Shown here one piece after another: positions 20,600 to 21,111 of a stretch of 21,111 bases of DNA. Position 1 is the first letter of the stretch. Each line of letters begins with the position of its first letter. Origin of the DNA: Octopus sinensis. Its lineage: Eukaryota. Below the pieces are notes generated by a model that searched no databases, was not told the DNA's origin, and saw only the letters and a program-made list of their open reading frames with translations. Made by a program: the position numbers and the translations under genes. The stretch lies in NCBI RefSeq assembly GCF_006345805.1, contig NW_021836894.1:1-21111 (forward strand), given 5' to 3'.

Positions 20600-21111
20600 C
20601 AGTGGTTCTTAACCTTTATTTTTGTACCACCACCTTGGAATTTTTTTCGCCCCTCCAATTTTTTTATTTCATTAGTAAAAATTTTTATTTAAAAAATAAG
20701 AGTTTTAATGAGATCCTTGTGGTTGATGAAGATTGACAAGTTTTTCAAAATTTGTATTTCTTTTCGTAAGTGTAATTCTAATGTCAAAATTCTTTTTTAA
20801 TTCTAAAAAAAAGTCTGGCTTTTTTTCAATTGAATTATGATGTTTTTGCTTTAAATGTTCAATCAAACGAGACGGTTTCATTGCCTCATTCGAAAAAATT
20901 GTACCACATTGAAGACAAAGTGGTTTATTAGGATCTTGAGGATCTTTAATAAATCCAAGAGAAATATATTCATCTTTATACATTCTGACTTTTTTCTGAA
21001 CACGACCCATAAAGACAACTAGAAATCACGGTTAGAAATTTAAATAAAATATGATAAAAATATCATATTATTAATAAATATTATTAGACTCGATTATGTA
21101 TCTTTATTTTT
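20600..21111 (-). mobile_element. Internally deleted hAT element retaining a BED-finger ORF (20705-21010)
   Basis: TIR CAGTGGTTCTTAACC at 20600 preceded by CATTAAAG; YKDEYISLGF..PLCLQC..NEAMKPSRLIEHL..KH. Confidence 0.88.

Overview
AT-rich eukaryotic window, almost certainly animal, that is a dense nest of decayed transposable elements around one recognisable host gene, an innexin (minus strand, 5590-4416). The innexin has a 25-nt intron and two apparent 1-bp deletions in its FPRVTxC motif. The TEs are: several hAT (Buster/ZBED8- and GTF2IRD2-like) elements; Ginger2/TDD-like integrase DNA transposons with TGTC termini and 5-bp TSDs; pogo/Tigger elements; five diverged CRE-like (restriction-like endonuclease) non-LTR 3' fragments; and one LINE RT fragment. 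There is also a ~280-bp foldback insertion, a 20-bp minisatellite and four copies of an unclassified AT-rich repeat. The most notable feature is that both the host gene and the transposase genes carry 24-33-nt GT-AG micro-introns, pointing to a compact-intron animal (dicyemid-like; inference). No rRNA, tRNA or CRISPR was seen. All family calls come from manual motif recognition, not database searches, and many indels sit in homopolymers and may be assembly errors.
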